From Oculina patagonica (Eukaryota), in NCBI RefSeq assembly GCF_052425735.1, contig NC_135760.1, positions 26,722,001 through 26,786,000 on the forward strand: a stretch of DNA of 64,000 bases, written 5' to 3'. The stretch's first letter is position 1; each line of letters begins with the position of its first letter. Under the pieces are notes generated by a model, which saw only the letters and a list, made by a program, of their open reading frames with translations, had not been told where the DNA came from and did not search any database. Shown piece by piece: positions 23,778-36,222 of this stretch. Both the position numbers and the translations under genes were made by a program.

Positions 23778-26700
23778 ATGGAAGAGCAATATGTCGCTTT
23801 GCTCCAGAAGATTGTGGCTGAAAATGCTCGTCTCAGAGAAGCGATAGAAGCGCGAGACAACGAACAGCGGCAGATGCTTGAAGACCTTGCTTCCAAAATA
23901 GAGGGCTCTAATTCAGGAGCCGGGCAGGAAAGATCGAGTAGGAAAAGAAGGAGAAAGATCTCTATTCCACAGCATTGCCGTGTAAGTATAATTACATGTA
24001 TTTCTGTTTGTTTGTTCTGACAGAAGTATATCACAGGTGATATGCTTCTGGTTCTGATCAATATTGTTACCACAAGACTGATGACTGCATGTATTGACTC
24101 GCTGATAGGCGATTGACTTTAATTGGGGAAACTGTAAGATCCCTGTTTTCTTTGCTCCTTTAATTTAGTTTGATGTAAAAGAGAATGCCAAGAAGAAGAA
24201 ACAGGAGATGAAAATTCACACATCTCAACACAGGGAGACCACAACAGTTGAGGCATTGAATGAATTTATTTAGTATATACTAAAAGAGTGGATAGCGTTT
24301 TTGGCGTGCGCTGATTGGCTACTCAAACTACGAATATCCTTTGCTATTAAAAACTAGCAATGGTATATTGCAATTCCTGAGTTTTGATTGGTTGACAGAG
24401 AATGATATATGAGCTCATATACCATTGGCCGCAAAATGATAGCCGATTCACATCAGCGAAAACAGCTGGAGTGCTCAAATATTGCAATTCTTAGGGCGTT
24501 TTAAATAAAACAATTATTCCACTCGCGCTTGTTGCATATGAGATCATTATAGCCAATTCGGCGCTATGCACCTCGTTGCCTATCTACCATTTCATATCCA
24601 TTGCGCGCTCGTGGAATAATTGTTAATCATTATTCAACACATGCACGTGCTGCCCATATATGGTCAAAATGTTAACGCTATCTGTCATCCTTACATATCA
24701 TATTCAGATATCCTGCGATATACATAGGTTGCGAAGATTCGTCCGAAATTTTGTAAAGCGGTGCATAATTACAGTTTTTCTATCTGCAAATGGTGTTTCG
24801 TTGACAATTTGTTTTTGTTGTTGTGGTCTCCCTGTGATCTTACACATCACAATAGCGTTATTGCACTGACCATGCCCAGTAAATCTTTGTGTTCTTGCAA
24901 CGTTTGACAAGGAAAAGGCCAGGGTCTCTGTTAACGACATTATAATTTGTTGGGGAGTGAGCATCACACTTCATGAAATTTCAAAGTCAGTTCATGTAAA
25001 CTTGGATCCTTTGTTACTTTCGTTCTGTTCTGTGCTTGTGTGGCAGTCATAAAATAATAGATTGTTTGCATACCTGTGCAAAGACTTCTGGCAGTTGTAG
25101 TAAAAATAGCTATAGCGTAAAGTTGTGCTTTTAAATTTCCTGCATTTCACCACTTTGAACTACATGAGGTCAGTGTGTTGCCGCTATTGTTAGAAAACAG
25201 AGATTCTTTTGTATGAGACAATTTGGCAATGCAGTCTGACGTCATAAACTTCAAATTGGAAGCGCAGGGGAAATTTACAGTAAAAGCCATAATCTTTTCC
25301 CTTTATGGTTGTAATTAAATGTATTTTTCCCTTGTCCGATACAATTTGTAATTAAGGAAGTATATCAAACCACTCAATGTATGTTTGGGAATTTGTTTTG
25401 GATAATTCAGAGATGAAGAACCCTTGCTGGCCCACTTGATGTATAAATTATTATTGTGTAGCTCTGACAAAACTCTAGTTACTTTCTATGTACAGTTTAT
25501 GTGCTGACAACAATGATGCTTTCTTTGGGTCTCAATGCCAAAACCCAGCAGGGGCACATTTTCTGGTTCCCATCACACAACTTCTGTTGCTGTATACTCT
25601 TTGGGCAACTAGAAATACAGCTACATGTACATGTGCATAGTAAGCCAAAGACTTCATCTAAAATTTTGCAGGAAATTTTAAGTTTTATTGTTTTCCTTAC
25701 ATGTACTTTTACAATGTACCTATTTTTTTACAGCAAGACTTCAGAAAGATGTACAAAGCCCTTAAACAGAATGAAGCTTTTGAAGGCTTTAAGTTGGATG
25801 AGAGGTAATGGCCTTTTAAAATATCTACATGTACAACTTATCCCAGGGGGGTACTTGCAGTATACATGGCAGGGGGGGGGGGTGTCCGACGGAGCTTCAT
25901 ATTGGGAACCCAAAAAAATACCAGAGCCTGAAATTTTACACCCAAAAAAATACCTGGCATCAAAACTTTCTACCCCAAAAAGTACAAGACCTAGCACCTT
26001 GATACTGATTTATTCCATCAAACAGACTTTAAGACCTAAAAAAATACATGACAGATCTCTTGACCCAAAAAAATACTGAGGGTGTAAATTTTCAACCCAA
26101 AAAAGTATGTCGGACCTCCCCGTCATGTATACTGCAAGTACCCCCCTGGGAAACTTATGAGTATAAGTCCAAATGCTGAGTCACGTGAAAAACATATACT
26201 TACATTTTATTGTTTGCTTGGAGAAAAACATGCTGTTCATGAGAAGACCTGGTGTACGGAAGGCCGTGGGTTTGACTTACAGTTAGATCTTAATTTTTAC
26301 TTTGTAGGACATTGATGACTGTTACAAACCTAACCATGAAAGTAATGATTACAACTTTTTTTTAGCTTCTTAGCTGAGGCCAACCAGGATGCCACCAAAA
26401 CAGTCATTGAAGCAGTCGTGGCTGAACATGGTGGAAGTGATAAATGCCCCTGGTCTGTGGCTGAAATGAAAGGTTGGTAATTAAACTTGTAGTTGTCTTT
26501 GTTTACTAGTGCTGCCGAGAAAGATTAATGAACAATTTTACCTGTCCTGATGATATACGAGATACAGTATTGTATGAAAAAGCAGAGACTGATATCAATG
26601 ATAAAGGTGTTTACACCTTTTAAGAGTTTTTGAGAAAATATCAGAAAAATCCAAAAGGACAAAGGACAACAATGAATAAAAATCAATAATGTGGATCATT

Positions 26701-28710
26701 TTTGATTTCATTGATTGGTTACTTACATGTAAAAGTTTAGTGGAGCTTCTCAATGAAAAATCAAGACCATATCACAGCATGCAAAGAGTAAGTGTCTGCC
26801 TGAGTAAGTGTACAGTAAGTGAACTTAATCCTTCACTTTCCTGACAAGGGGTATAGAATGGTAATTTCGAGACTTTGCAAAACTGTGAGATCCTGGTTTT
26901 AAAATCCCAAACCGAGACTCTACTTCTAAAAAACTGAGACTGTAAAGTGTGGAGATTTCAAGGTACCGTAATGGTACTGATTAAGTTCTTAGCTGTTGCC
27001 TTTAAAGCTCATAGCTAAGAATAAGTGGAGTGCCAATGACTATCTACAGCGATGTATATTTGCTGAGTCTCTTAGCTTAAATGTTTGGCTAGTTTCCCAC
27101 TTATTATGTGCCGTGTTGGTTATTTACCGCTTCTAACAGTAATATAGTCAGCGTCTGTATTTCAATTTAAGCTAAATTTGCCCTCCAGAATATAATATTT
27201 AATATAATTATAGCTTAATTTCGAGTACAAGATTCCGAGATCCAAATTATTAAAATTTGAGACTCCAAGACAAGTAAAAATGCAATTTCTCAAAATGAAT
27301 ACAGAAGGAAATTTAAAATACTTGTCAAAGGGTCCAAAGGGTCCTCCCATTTCAAAATACATACCTGTACACAAATACCAATGGTACATCATTCGCTTCT
27401 AAGGTGCTGCTACCACTTACTTAAAAAGTCTGTGTGATGCTTCTGCGAGGGAAAAAAAAGGCAAGGTAGAGGCTCACAAAAATATTTGCAGGAAGCAAGG
27501 AAGAATGAGAGAAGTAAGATGTTTTCATGATGACAGATACAACTCAGATACCTCACTGTACTGTAAATAAAGTAGTCGTTTATTTCGTGTTACTGTGTAC
27601 AAACAGTATTTACATGTACAACTCTTGATGCAATGCATACATGTATTTATGGTTGTCCTACATGTAAATGGGGGAGGAGCTTTTTACAATCCCATCAATT
27701 TAAACAACAAATATATAAGTAAAATACTCCAATACTCCAAATATATAAGTAAAATACAACCCTCCAAGTTTATTTTTTTCGTTAGTGGCCATTTGGCCAC
27801 CAACTGCTCAAGTTTGGTCGCCAATGAAAAATTTTAGTCGCTAAATTAAGCTCACGCTTTCAATCCTTCTTCTCAATTTTAGTTGCCAGGCTGGCGACTT
27901 CATTTAAAATTTAGTCACCAGCTCCAAAATTTTAGTCGTCATGGTGACTAAAATGGTCTTAACTTGGAGGGTTGCTATATTCTAATTATTGAAGAAGAAA
28001 TAAGAAATCATGTGCCTTTTAAGTAGGTGAATATGTTGTGGTTCAAATTTTATTTTCCTTTGATTTTGGGTATGGTGAATGAGTTTTAAACAAAGAAAAA
28101 CAAAATTTGAACCAAGGATGAAACTGAAACAAAACAAATAATTATTTCATTAATTAACCTGTTGTATAATTATGCTTTGATTGCCTAGAAAATTCAAAGG
28201 AGGCTTTCGACCTTAAGGACTATGCCATGGTCTGAGGAGAGGAAGGCTGCTATCGAAATGGCTGTGGGAAGCACTTCCTACACCAGCTCAGATGAGTCAG
28301 ACTTTTCTGAGGATGAAAACAGTGAAAGGGTCCTTTCTGGGTATCTTGTGAAGAAGTTGCCATGGGAAAGGAAAACATTGACGAAAGCTAAAAAAGATCT
28401 TGATGATGCATACAAGAAAAGCCTTAAACCAAGGGCAAGGGTGAACCTGGTGACAAGACGGGTTCATCCAAGGCCATCAACACGGTGCCCACCGACTGAT
28501 GTTCTGGAATGGGCAGTCAGGGTTCAAGAGCCAACACCCTCCTCTGACACCAAACCAGCTGCAGCCTTCCTCCAGTGCCCGGATTGTGACAATTTCTACG
28601 CATACCCCATCTCCAAGGATAGCAAGTCCTTCCCCTCACACCCTTCTTCCACCATCCTCAGCAACAGCCCACAGCATGTGTCCTCAGACAATGGCAAACC
28701 TGTCTTGTAG
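23778..28710 (+). CDS. C14orf93-like protein, probably a transposon-associated accessory gene (exons 23778-23981, 25734-25804, 26366-26472, 27404-27513, 28189-28710; ~337 aa)
   Basis: Frame-consistent GT-AG model. N-terminal coiled coil, basic NLS-like RKRRRK, then YTSSDESD...LVKKLPWER...LDDAY...RPSTRCPPTDVLEWAV, the motif series typical of C14orf93-like proteins. Confidence 0.72.
25842..26150. mobile_element. MITE with CCCAGG(n)TAC termini and 8-bp TSD
   Basis: cccaggggggtacttgcagtatacatg / catgtatactgcaagtacccccctggg; flanks caacttat / aaacttat. Confidence 0.85.
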
Positions 28711-30227
28711 CACAACAGTTGCTCCATCAATCCACCCGTGATTGTTCTTCAAGAATGACAACTTTGTTCCACAGCACAAGTTCCTCAACGACTGAAACTC
28801 CATCCACCCGCACTCATCCTCCATCTACATGTACCAGTGCCCATCCTTCAACAATGATGACTCCACCCAGCAGTACCCATTTTCCGACAATGGAAAGCTT
28901 ATCCTCCGGTGCACTTCCTTCAGCAACCTGTTCCCTTATGCCAGATTACAGTTCAACTTCAAGAACTTCGAAAACGAATAAATCCTTAAAATCAAAGAAG
29001 GACAATGCCCATAGGCGTAATGCCTCACCAGAGTATTAGTTCCTAGAGCAACGTTTCCTTTCCTTTTTTATTTTTATTTTTTACCAGTTTCAAAAGATGT
29101 GTCAATAAGTTTTTCAATTTTAGGAGATTTAATAACATGGTTTTCAATCTTGTTGATTATTCTGTTACATGTGATATTTTGTACAATAACGTTTTCAAAT
29201 TCAAATATAAGAACAAGGTTTTTGAGTTTCAGTTTTCAAGTGATATAAAAGGTTTTACGAGGGGGGTGAATAGGTTTGCCGATCGACCGATTTAGCCTTA
29301 AAAAGCGTGCGGATTGTGGATTTTTGCAAAATATTGAGCGGATTCGCGAATTTCGAAAATACAGCGGATTGTGGATTAGCTGAGAATTTTGGAGTGGATT
29401 TTGGACTTTTCATTTCAGGAAGTTCGGATCGTGGATACTAAACGACGTTCGGTTCACTTTGGTCGGTCTTCGACGGTATGTTGGCGGAATTGTCGCAAAA
29501 AAGCAATGAAAAGGAACTTCTTGAAAAATTGGCATGAAAACAACATTTACCGGTACTCTCCGTTAGAGTGAAAGTATACCACACAAAGTTTTCAAGTAAT
29601 GTGGATTCGGATTTGAACGAAAATAGTGACAGATTGACGGATTTAGCCAAAAAATAGCACAGATCGGCGGATTTGCATACCCCTATTCGCCCCCTAGCCT
29701 TCTTTTACTAAAGAGTTCTGTTGGCATGTTGTTTCACCAGTTTATTATGGTGTCAGAACATGGTTTTCAATTTTCTATTCTTGTTACAGTTCAAGTTATA
29801 TTAGAGCAAGGGTTTCAATTAATTGATATATAAACAAGAAAATTATTTTTTTCCAATTCATGTGTTTCTGTTAACAATGTTTTTAAGTGATATCATAACA
29901 AGCCTTTCAATTTTGTATTTTCTATTAGACTTATTTTCAAGTAATACCGGTAGTAGAGCAAGGTTTTCAGAATATTTATATCACACTATTTTGAACTGAT
30001 TTAAGGTCAAATTTTACAATTTTTTTTATTAAATGACATGTAGAGAGGTTTTATAATTATAGAGCAAATTTTGAACAAGACAATTCTAGATTGAACATCT
30101 ATTTTATCCTCTTTTTTTGTGGGGGTCTCTCATCTCGTGGCAATTCAATCCACATAATTATGAGTCCTTAACGGTGTCCATAGGGCAGCTGTACCCAAAC
30201 ATTCTTTCAACTTTACGCCAATGGGCC

Positions 30228-30640
30228 CAGGGCTGCAAGTAACAATCGGTCATCGGACATTCTCTATTTTCCAGTTGCCCATAATACACTTTGTTTGCCC
30301 CCCAAATTTTGCACAAACTATTGTTTTCAAATTCTCTTGGGGTGACTGCATATTTCCAAAACAATAGTTTATACAAAACTTGGGGGGCAAACAAAGTGCA
30401 CTATGGGCAATTGGAAAATAGAGAATTGGCCGAACAAAAATTGTTTATGTCCGACGAAATCCCAAGTGTGGTCGGACATGATATCCAGACAATTTTTTGA
30501 TCGTAAATCATTTTACCGCAACAATGAAAAAAAATCAACCTTTTGTTTTTAGTGATGTCCGACCAAAATTTGTCCAACCAAGATGGTGTCTTAGTAGGAC
30601 ATTTGTCCTTTCAAGTGAAAAAAAATTATTTGCAGCCCTG
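30228..30640. mobile_element. hAT-like MITE (CAGGGCTGCAA termini) carrying a nested palindromic MITE (30259-30426)
   Basis: cagggctgcaa / ttgcagccctg; inner attctctattttccagttgcccata / tatgggcaattggaaaatagagaat; no clean outer TSD. Confidence 0.7.
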
Positions 30641-31076
30641 CGCCAAAAATGCGTGTAAATCTGGCTTAAAGACGCACAGCGCTAACGTCCTCATAAAATC
30701 CAGCGATCGAGGCAACATGTCCAGCGCGAGACTCTAGGAACTCGTGTGTGTGAAGCCCTTCCTGAGATACAGGGATACGGCGCGCGAGACATTCCTTGTT
30801 CATAAAATTTGTCTGCTCTCGAATCGTCAGCAACGACAAAACCAGCCTCTGCAGGCGGATTGAGGCGTCATACCATGGACAAGAGGAGAAGTACAATCAA
30901 TGTTGTATATAGAGGATAGATAGATGACATGAACTAATATTCCAAGCACCCAATATAACTTTTAAAAAATAATCCTTAAAATTTTAAGGACAACATCGCC
31001 GCCATATTTAATTCAAAGTATAGCATAGCCGCTGGGCAAAGTGGCTCCAAAAAGGCCGAGAGAGATTGGTGCCCAC

Positions 31077-31331
31077 AGAAATTTCGCGAAAGCTCGAGAA
31101 GCGCGTGGATTGCGCGAGTTCCCAAAACGTGAACATTCTACTAGATTCTAGCAATGCCCAGAATGGTGTAGAATCGACTAAATGTTCTAGAACACGAATT
31201 CTAGAAAACTCTGGATATTTCTTACCGAAAATATAAGCAATTTTATTGGTGGATCTCGATCAGAATGAAGTCAGCACTTTTTTATTTTTAGAAATCTGAT
31301 GTAATGTGTTTTTGGAAAGGGGGTATAAATA
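31077..31331 (+). promoter_or_regulatory. hsp70 promoter: clustered heat-shock elements, inverted CCAAT and TATA box
   Basis: aGAAatTTCgcGAAagCTCgaGAAg (31077-31101), GAAcaTTC (31131), TTCtaGAA twice (31185-31206), attggt (~31245), TATAAATA (31324). Confidence 0.88.
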
Positions 31332-31425
31332 CAGGCCCGTTTCACAACACAGTCAAATTTTGCCTAACTAAAAGTTTACTCAGCAAGAAGAAAGACAAAA
31401 AGAATTTCATCAGAAGCAGCTGAAG

Positions 31426-33324
31426 ATGCCAGTCAAGTTAGCTCCCGCAATCGGAATCGACCTTGGAACAACTTATTCCTGTGTTGGTGTATTTCAACAT
31501 GGCAAAGTTGAAATCATCGCCAACGACCAAGGAAACCGAACGACTCCCAGCTATGTCGCCTTCACTGAGACGGAACGTTTGATCGGCGACGCTGCCAAGA
31601 ATCAAGCAACGCTAAACCCAAGCAACACGATCTTTGATGCCAAGAGACTGATCGGCCGTAAGTTTGACGACCCCGCAGTACAATCAGACAGAAAAAACTG
31701 GCCTTTCCAAGTCATTAGTGAGGCTGGGAAACCTAAACTCCGCGTACAGACCAAGGGAGCGTTAAAAACTTTTACCCCAGAGGAAATCAGCTCCATGGTT
31801 CTGACCAAGATGAAAGAGACAGCTGAAGCTTACTTAGGTGAGACAGTCAAGGATGCAGTGATCACAGTACCAGCTTACTTCAACGATTCTCAGCGACAAG
31901 CCACAAAAGACGCTGGACTGATAGCAGGGCTGAATGTCAAGAGAATCATCAATGAACCCACCGCTGCCGCCCTCGCTTACGGCTTGGAGAAGAACCTCAG
32001 CGGAGAAAAGAACGTGTTGATTTTCGACCTCGGTGGGGGAACTTTTGACGTCTCTGTGCTGACCATAGATGAAGGATCGTTATTTGAAGTACGCTCCACG
32101 GCTGGCAACACACATCTCGGCGGTGAAGATTTCGACAATCGCCTCGTGGATCATTTCGTGCAAGAATTCAAGCGCAAGTTCAAGAAAGACCTCAAAGGTA
32201 ACGCGAGAGCCTTGCGTCGCCTGAGGACCGCTTGTGAAAGAGCCAAGAGAACCCTGTCATCTAGTACACAGGCCAATATAGAGATCGACTCACTGTCTGA
32301 CGGAATTGACTTCTACTCCAAGATTACCCGCGCGAAATTTGAAGAACTTTGTATAGATCTCTTCCGTTCATGCCTGGAACCAGTGGAAAACGCACTAAAA
32401 GATTCAAAGCTTGACAAATCACAAATCCACGAAGTAGTTCTGGTCGGAGGCTCTACAAGAATCCCAAAAGTGCAGCAACTGCTAGAAGACTTCTTCAATG
32501 GCAAACAGTTGAGCAAGTCAATCAACCCAGATGAGGCCGTGGCATATGGGGCAGCAATCCAGGCAGCAATTTTATCCGGTGACCAGAGTTCCGAGATCAA
32601 AGATGTCTTATTGCTCGATGTTACACCGCTAAGCCTCGGGATTGAAACCGCTGGCGGAGTGATGACCAATCTAATCGAACGCAATGCGCGAATTCCAGCA
32701 AACGCTTCAAAAGAGTTCACAACCTACTCAGATAATCAACCAGCAGTCAACATTCAAGTATTTGAAGGCGAGCGGGTCATGACTAAAAACAACAATCTAC
32801 TGGGACGATTTGATCTGACTGGAATCCCCCCTGCCCCGCGCGGCGTGCCAAAGATTGAAGTCACTCTCGACATCGATGCTAACGGGATCTTGAACGTTTC
32901 CGCCAAGGATAAGAGCACAGGAAAAACCAACACTATTACTATCACCAACGACAAGGGGAGGCTGTCTAAAGCGGACATCGATCGCATGGTAGCTGAAGCT
33001 GAAAAGTACAAGGAAGAAGACGAGAAGCAGCGTGAGACCATCGCTGCGAGAAACAGCTTGGAGAATTATGCCTACAGCGTCAAACAAACAGTACAAGATC
33101 CAAACGTTGAGAACAAGCTGAATTCTGACGACATGGAGACGGTGAAGAGCAAGGCCCAAGAAGTGATCGATTGGTTAGACAGGAATTCAATGGCAGACAA
33201 AGAAGAATATCAAGAAAAGGAGAAAGACCTGCAAAGAGTGTGTTCGCCAATCATGAGCAAGTTACATGGACAGCAGCAGACAGGCAGCACTTGCGATGGA
33301 CCCACAGTTGAAGAAGTTGATTAA
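31426..33324 (+). CDS. hsp70: Cytosolic heat-inducible Hsp70 (intronless, 632 aa)
   Basis: [22 protein letters not shown] and [14 protein letters not shown] signatures; C-terminal GPTVEEVD; no GGMP repeats; DEGSLFEV insertion typical of invertebrate inducible Hsp70; HSE promoter; aataaa at 33590. Confidence 0.98.
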   Translation: MPVKLAPAIGIDLGTTYSCVGVFQHGKVEIIANDQGNRTTPSYVAFTETERLIGDAAKNQATLNPSNTIFDAKRLIGRKFDDPAVQSDRKNWPFQVISEAGKPKLRVQTKGALKTFTPEEISSMVLTKMKETAEAYLGETVKDAVITVPAYFNDSQRQATKDAGLIAGLNVKRIINEPTAAALAYGLEKNLSGEKNVLIFDLGGGTFDVSVLTIDEGSLFEVRSTAGNTHLGGEDFDNRLVDHFVQEFKRKFKKDLKGNARALRRLRTACERAKRTLSSSTQANIEIDSLSDGIDFYSKITRAKFEELCIDLFRSCLEPVENALKDSKLDKSQIHEVVLVGGSTRIPKVQQLLEDFFNGKQLSKSINPDEAVAYGAAIQAAILSGDQSSEIKDVLLLDVTPLSLGIETAGGVMTNLIERNARIPANASKEFTTYSDNQPAVNIQVFEGERVMTKNNNLLGRFDLTGIPPAPRGVPKIEVTLDIDANGILNVSAKDKSTGKTNTITITNDKGRLSKADIDRMVAEAEKYKEEDEKQRETIAARNSLENYAYSVKQTVQDPNVENKLNSDDMETVKSKAQEVIDWLDRNSMADKEEYQEKEKDLQRVCSPIMSKLHGQQQTGSTCDGPTVEEVD

Positions 33325-35114
33325 CTGTAAAATTTGGACTTTTACATGCAAAGTTTAAAGTAAGAAAGTAGTTTGTAAGCGAGAATTTCAAGCGCATGTA
33401 TTGTTTCTTTTACGTGCTTTTCGTAAGATTATATTTTATCAAAGTATTTGCAATAACAAAGTAAGTAACAAGCTGAGAATTTTAAGCACACATGTAAAAT
33501 GATTTTTTTTTTGACGTTTTACATATCCCCAGTTGTTAAGTAGGATTGTATTTTAGTTACACCTTGGAGTGTCCGCAGTGTTAACGCTAAATAAAGATTT
33601 CTGATACCTAAGTTCACGCTCTGATTCACGCCTGCATTATGCTTTTATGTCGTTTGAATAACGTCCGCCAAGTTTTTCCAGGTTAGGGAAGACCCAAACA
33701 TGGATGAAAGGTTGTCCCTGATAGGAGTGTTACCCTCACCCCGAGCCGGCCATCTTTTACCGCATTTTATGATAAAAGTTGTGTTCCTGCTGACAGAGTC
33801 AAAACTTGGTCCTTCCGAATTCGTGCATGCTCTATATGTCCCTGATATGCGAGTCAAACATATCCAAAGTTGAAAAAGAAAACAGAAACACTCTTCTCGA
33901 TATAAACAGGTCCTAAGTTGAACTTGAGTTTGCAGGGTTCAGGCAAAACTAAAATGTGTCCTTTTTTGGCCGCCGCTTTCTCTCTAAGTTTACCCGGCTT
34001 CCTTGGAAGCATTTTTACCCTCGTTTTCCCTTAGCAGAAGGCCCACCATTACCTCACATCCTAAAGAGAATTGTGGTAGTCCCGCGAGGCTGGCAAATCG
34101 CAAAAATTGCGAAAATAAAATAGAGATGGGTACAAACATAACTAAAAATAAACCAATTTAAAGCAAACATGCAAGAAAACAATAAGTCACTCAAAATGAC
34201 GGAAGTAACTAAAATAACATGTTGCATACAATTTTTTTGCTACAAGTTTGTTACGTTTTGCAAGCTTGCAATTTCCTGAACCCAATGCAAAGTATTGCTT
34301 TTTTCAAGGGTGTAGTAAGTGATAAGTTTAAAAAAGCTGCCTTTATACAGTTCATCGACCAATTCTAATACAAGCATCGATGTAACCTCGGTCATACGTT
34401 CTTTTAGGCAATCACGCTGTCTTTCGTCAAAAGCCAAAATAGGGTCTGCAATTTTTCAAAGCAGGGAAGTGTCAAATGGCGCATCCGCCCTGTTTATTTA
34501 AAAAAGAACACTTTCAGTTTCAGAAAGGGATAGCGCAACTTTAATTGAATCATAAAGGTACGCAAAACAATAAATAATTTTTTTGGTAGGCTTTATTCAA
34601 AATCACACCCAATCTTACAAATACAACATCTCTTTGATATGGACCTCCTCTAGTCCCCTTAAGACTACAGGTGTTACAAAGTCATTTCATGCTCTCTCCA
34701 GAGATCGTAATACAACCTTCTCCGTGAATTCGGCCTTTTTATCTTTTTTTATTTTTTTTCATCATCCACACATGATGAGTAGCTTCAGCTCAGTTTTTTT
34801 AGCGATAGAGTATGACTGAAACATACGTAACTGGTATAGCTGCTCGCCAAGCTTATAACCAATTTTTTGCTCGTTCGTTTATTGTTTTCTTTTTAGTTTT
34901 GTTTTTTGTTGTTGTTTTTTTACGTAACATATTGTTGCACACTAACATGTACCTGAAGTAAACTGTCGTGTCATTTGCCAGTGACAAACCCCCGATGTAG
35001 TACCGGTGAAAAATAAATTTCTTTCCAAACGAGTTCACCAATAGCGAAGCGCGTGAGTGACGTCACGACTCAGACAAGACTCAGAAAAACAAACCGAAAT
35101 GATGGCGGACAATT

Positions 35115-35188
35115 TTCCTAAAACACTTTCTAAAGCTGGTGTTCCTAAAACACTTTCTAAAACAGCTGGTGTTCCTAAAACACTTTCA
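35115..35188. repeat. Three ~27-30 bp tandem direct repeats
   Basis: ttcctaaaacactttc x3, separated by (a)gctggtg. Confidence 0.8.
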
Positions 35189-35925
35189 AAAAGCGAAAAC
35201 TTCGCCTAGATTCCTTCTCTTTCTCTCAGAACACGCTGATGTTTTTTGAGCCTCGTGGGGGTTATATTCGCAAGTTTACTTCAAGGACACGTAAGAACAG
35301 TTCTATAGCAGACACACACACACACATGCTTACTAGGATTCTTTCACTCTAAAAGGTTACAAACAAAGAGAAGGGCAAGTTGTTTACTTTGGGTCTGGAT
35401 TGGCCGGATTTGACGGAGAATTGGTCAAAATATTAATTGTCAACTAATAAATGACGCCTTTTTAATCTGATAACTGAGATGTGTCCTTATAGCTGGGAAA
35501 TGAACTGAAACTTCCACCACAAACAGACGCATACTAAATTGGAAGTTTCCTTTTCTCGTAGATCTCGAAGGAAAAAAATTTATACTTTCCACGGTGCCGT
35601 CGGAAGTAAAAAATTGTAGAAGAGGTGTTCTTATAATGTTGCTCTTTCTTATTATTCATCGATGCAGCAAGAGGGGAAAAATGAAAAAATACTTATTTTG
35701 ACCAAATGTATTGAACTAAATGTATTTCTAGCTACTTATTTTGACCAAATGTATTGATCTAAATGTATTTCTAGCTAATTGTCGTTAAAAGAGCTACGTT
35801 AAATTCTAAACTATTGAGGAGGACAGTTGATAATCTGCCGTAATCATAATCAACCTTATTCTTCAGTTAAATGTTTTTACCGTGATGTGATCATGGAATC
35901 GAAGGGATAAACAAAACATATTGAC

Positions 35926-35963
<38 letters not shown>

Positions 35964-36222
35964 CATTTTTGTATAGAGGTGAATAGGTGTTCAGTCACCT
36001 CTCTTTATGGATGGACCATTATTTTTCTCAGTGAAGGTGCGCTGGTAAATACGAGATAAAATCACATTCCTACTCAAAAGCTAGGATTTGGCATCAAAAG
36101 TCACGCAAAGGGGCAGAACCAGAAAAATATATATTCAGAGCATCAGCTAGCTGTGCCCATCATCACCTTTAGATCCTTACACCCCCTCAAAAAAATAATG
36201 GTCCTTTCATAATAGGGATGAC

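Noticed and set aside
31602-33159. Several minus-strand ORFs overlapping hsp70
   Set aside because: Antisense shadow ORFs produced by hsp70 codon usage; no independent coding signal.
35050-35110. CRE (tgacgtca) plus YY1-like gatggcgg suggesting another promoter
   Set aside because: No downstream exon chain or ORF could be supported; it may belong to a repeat.
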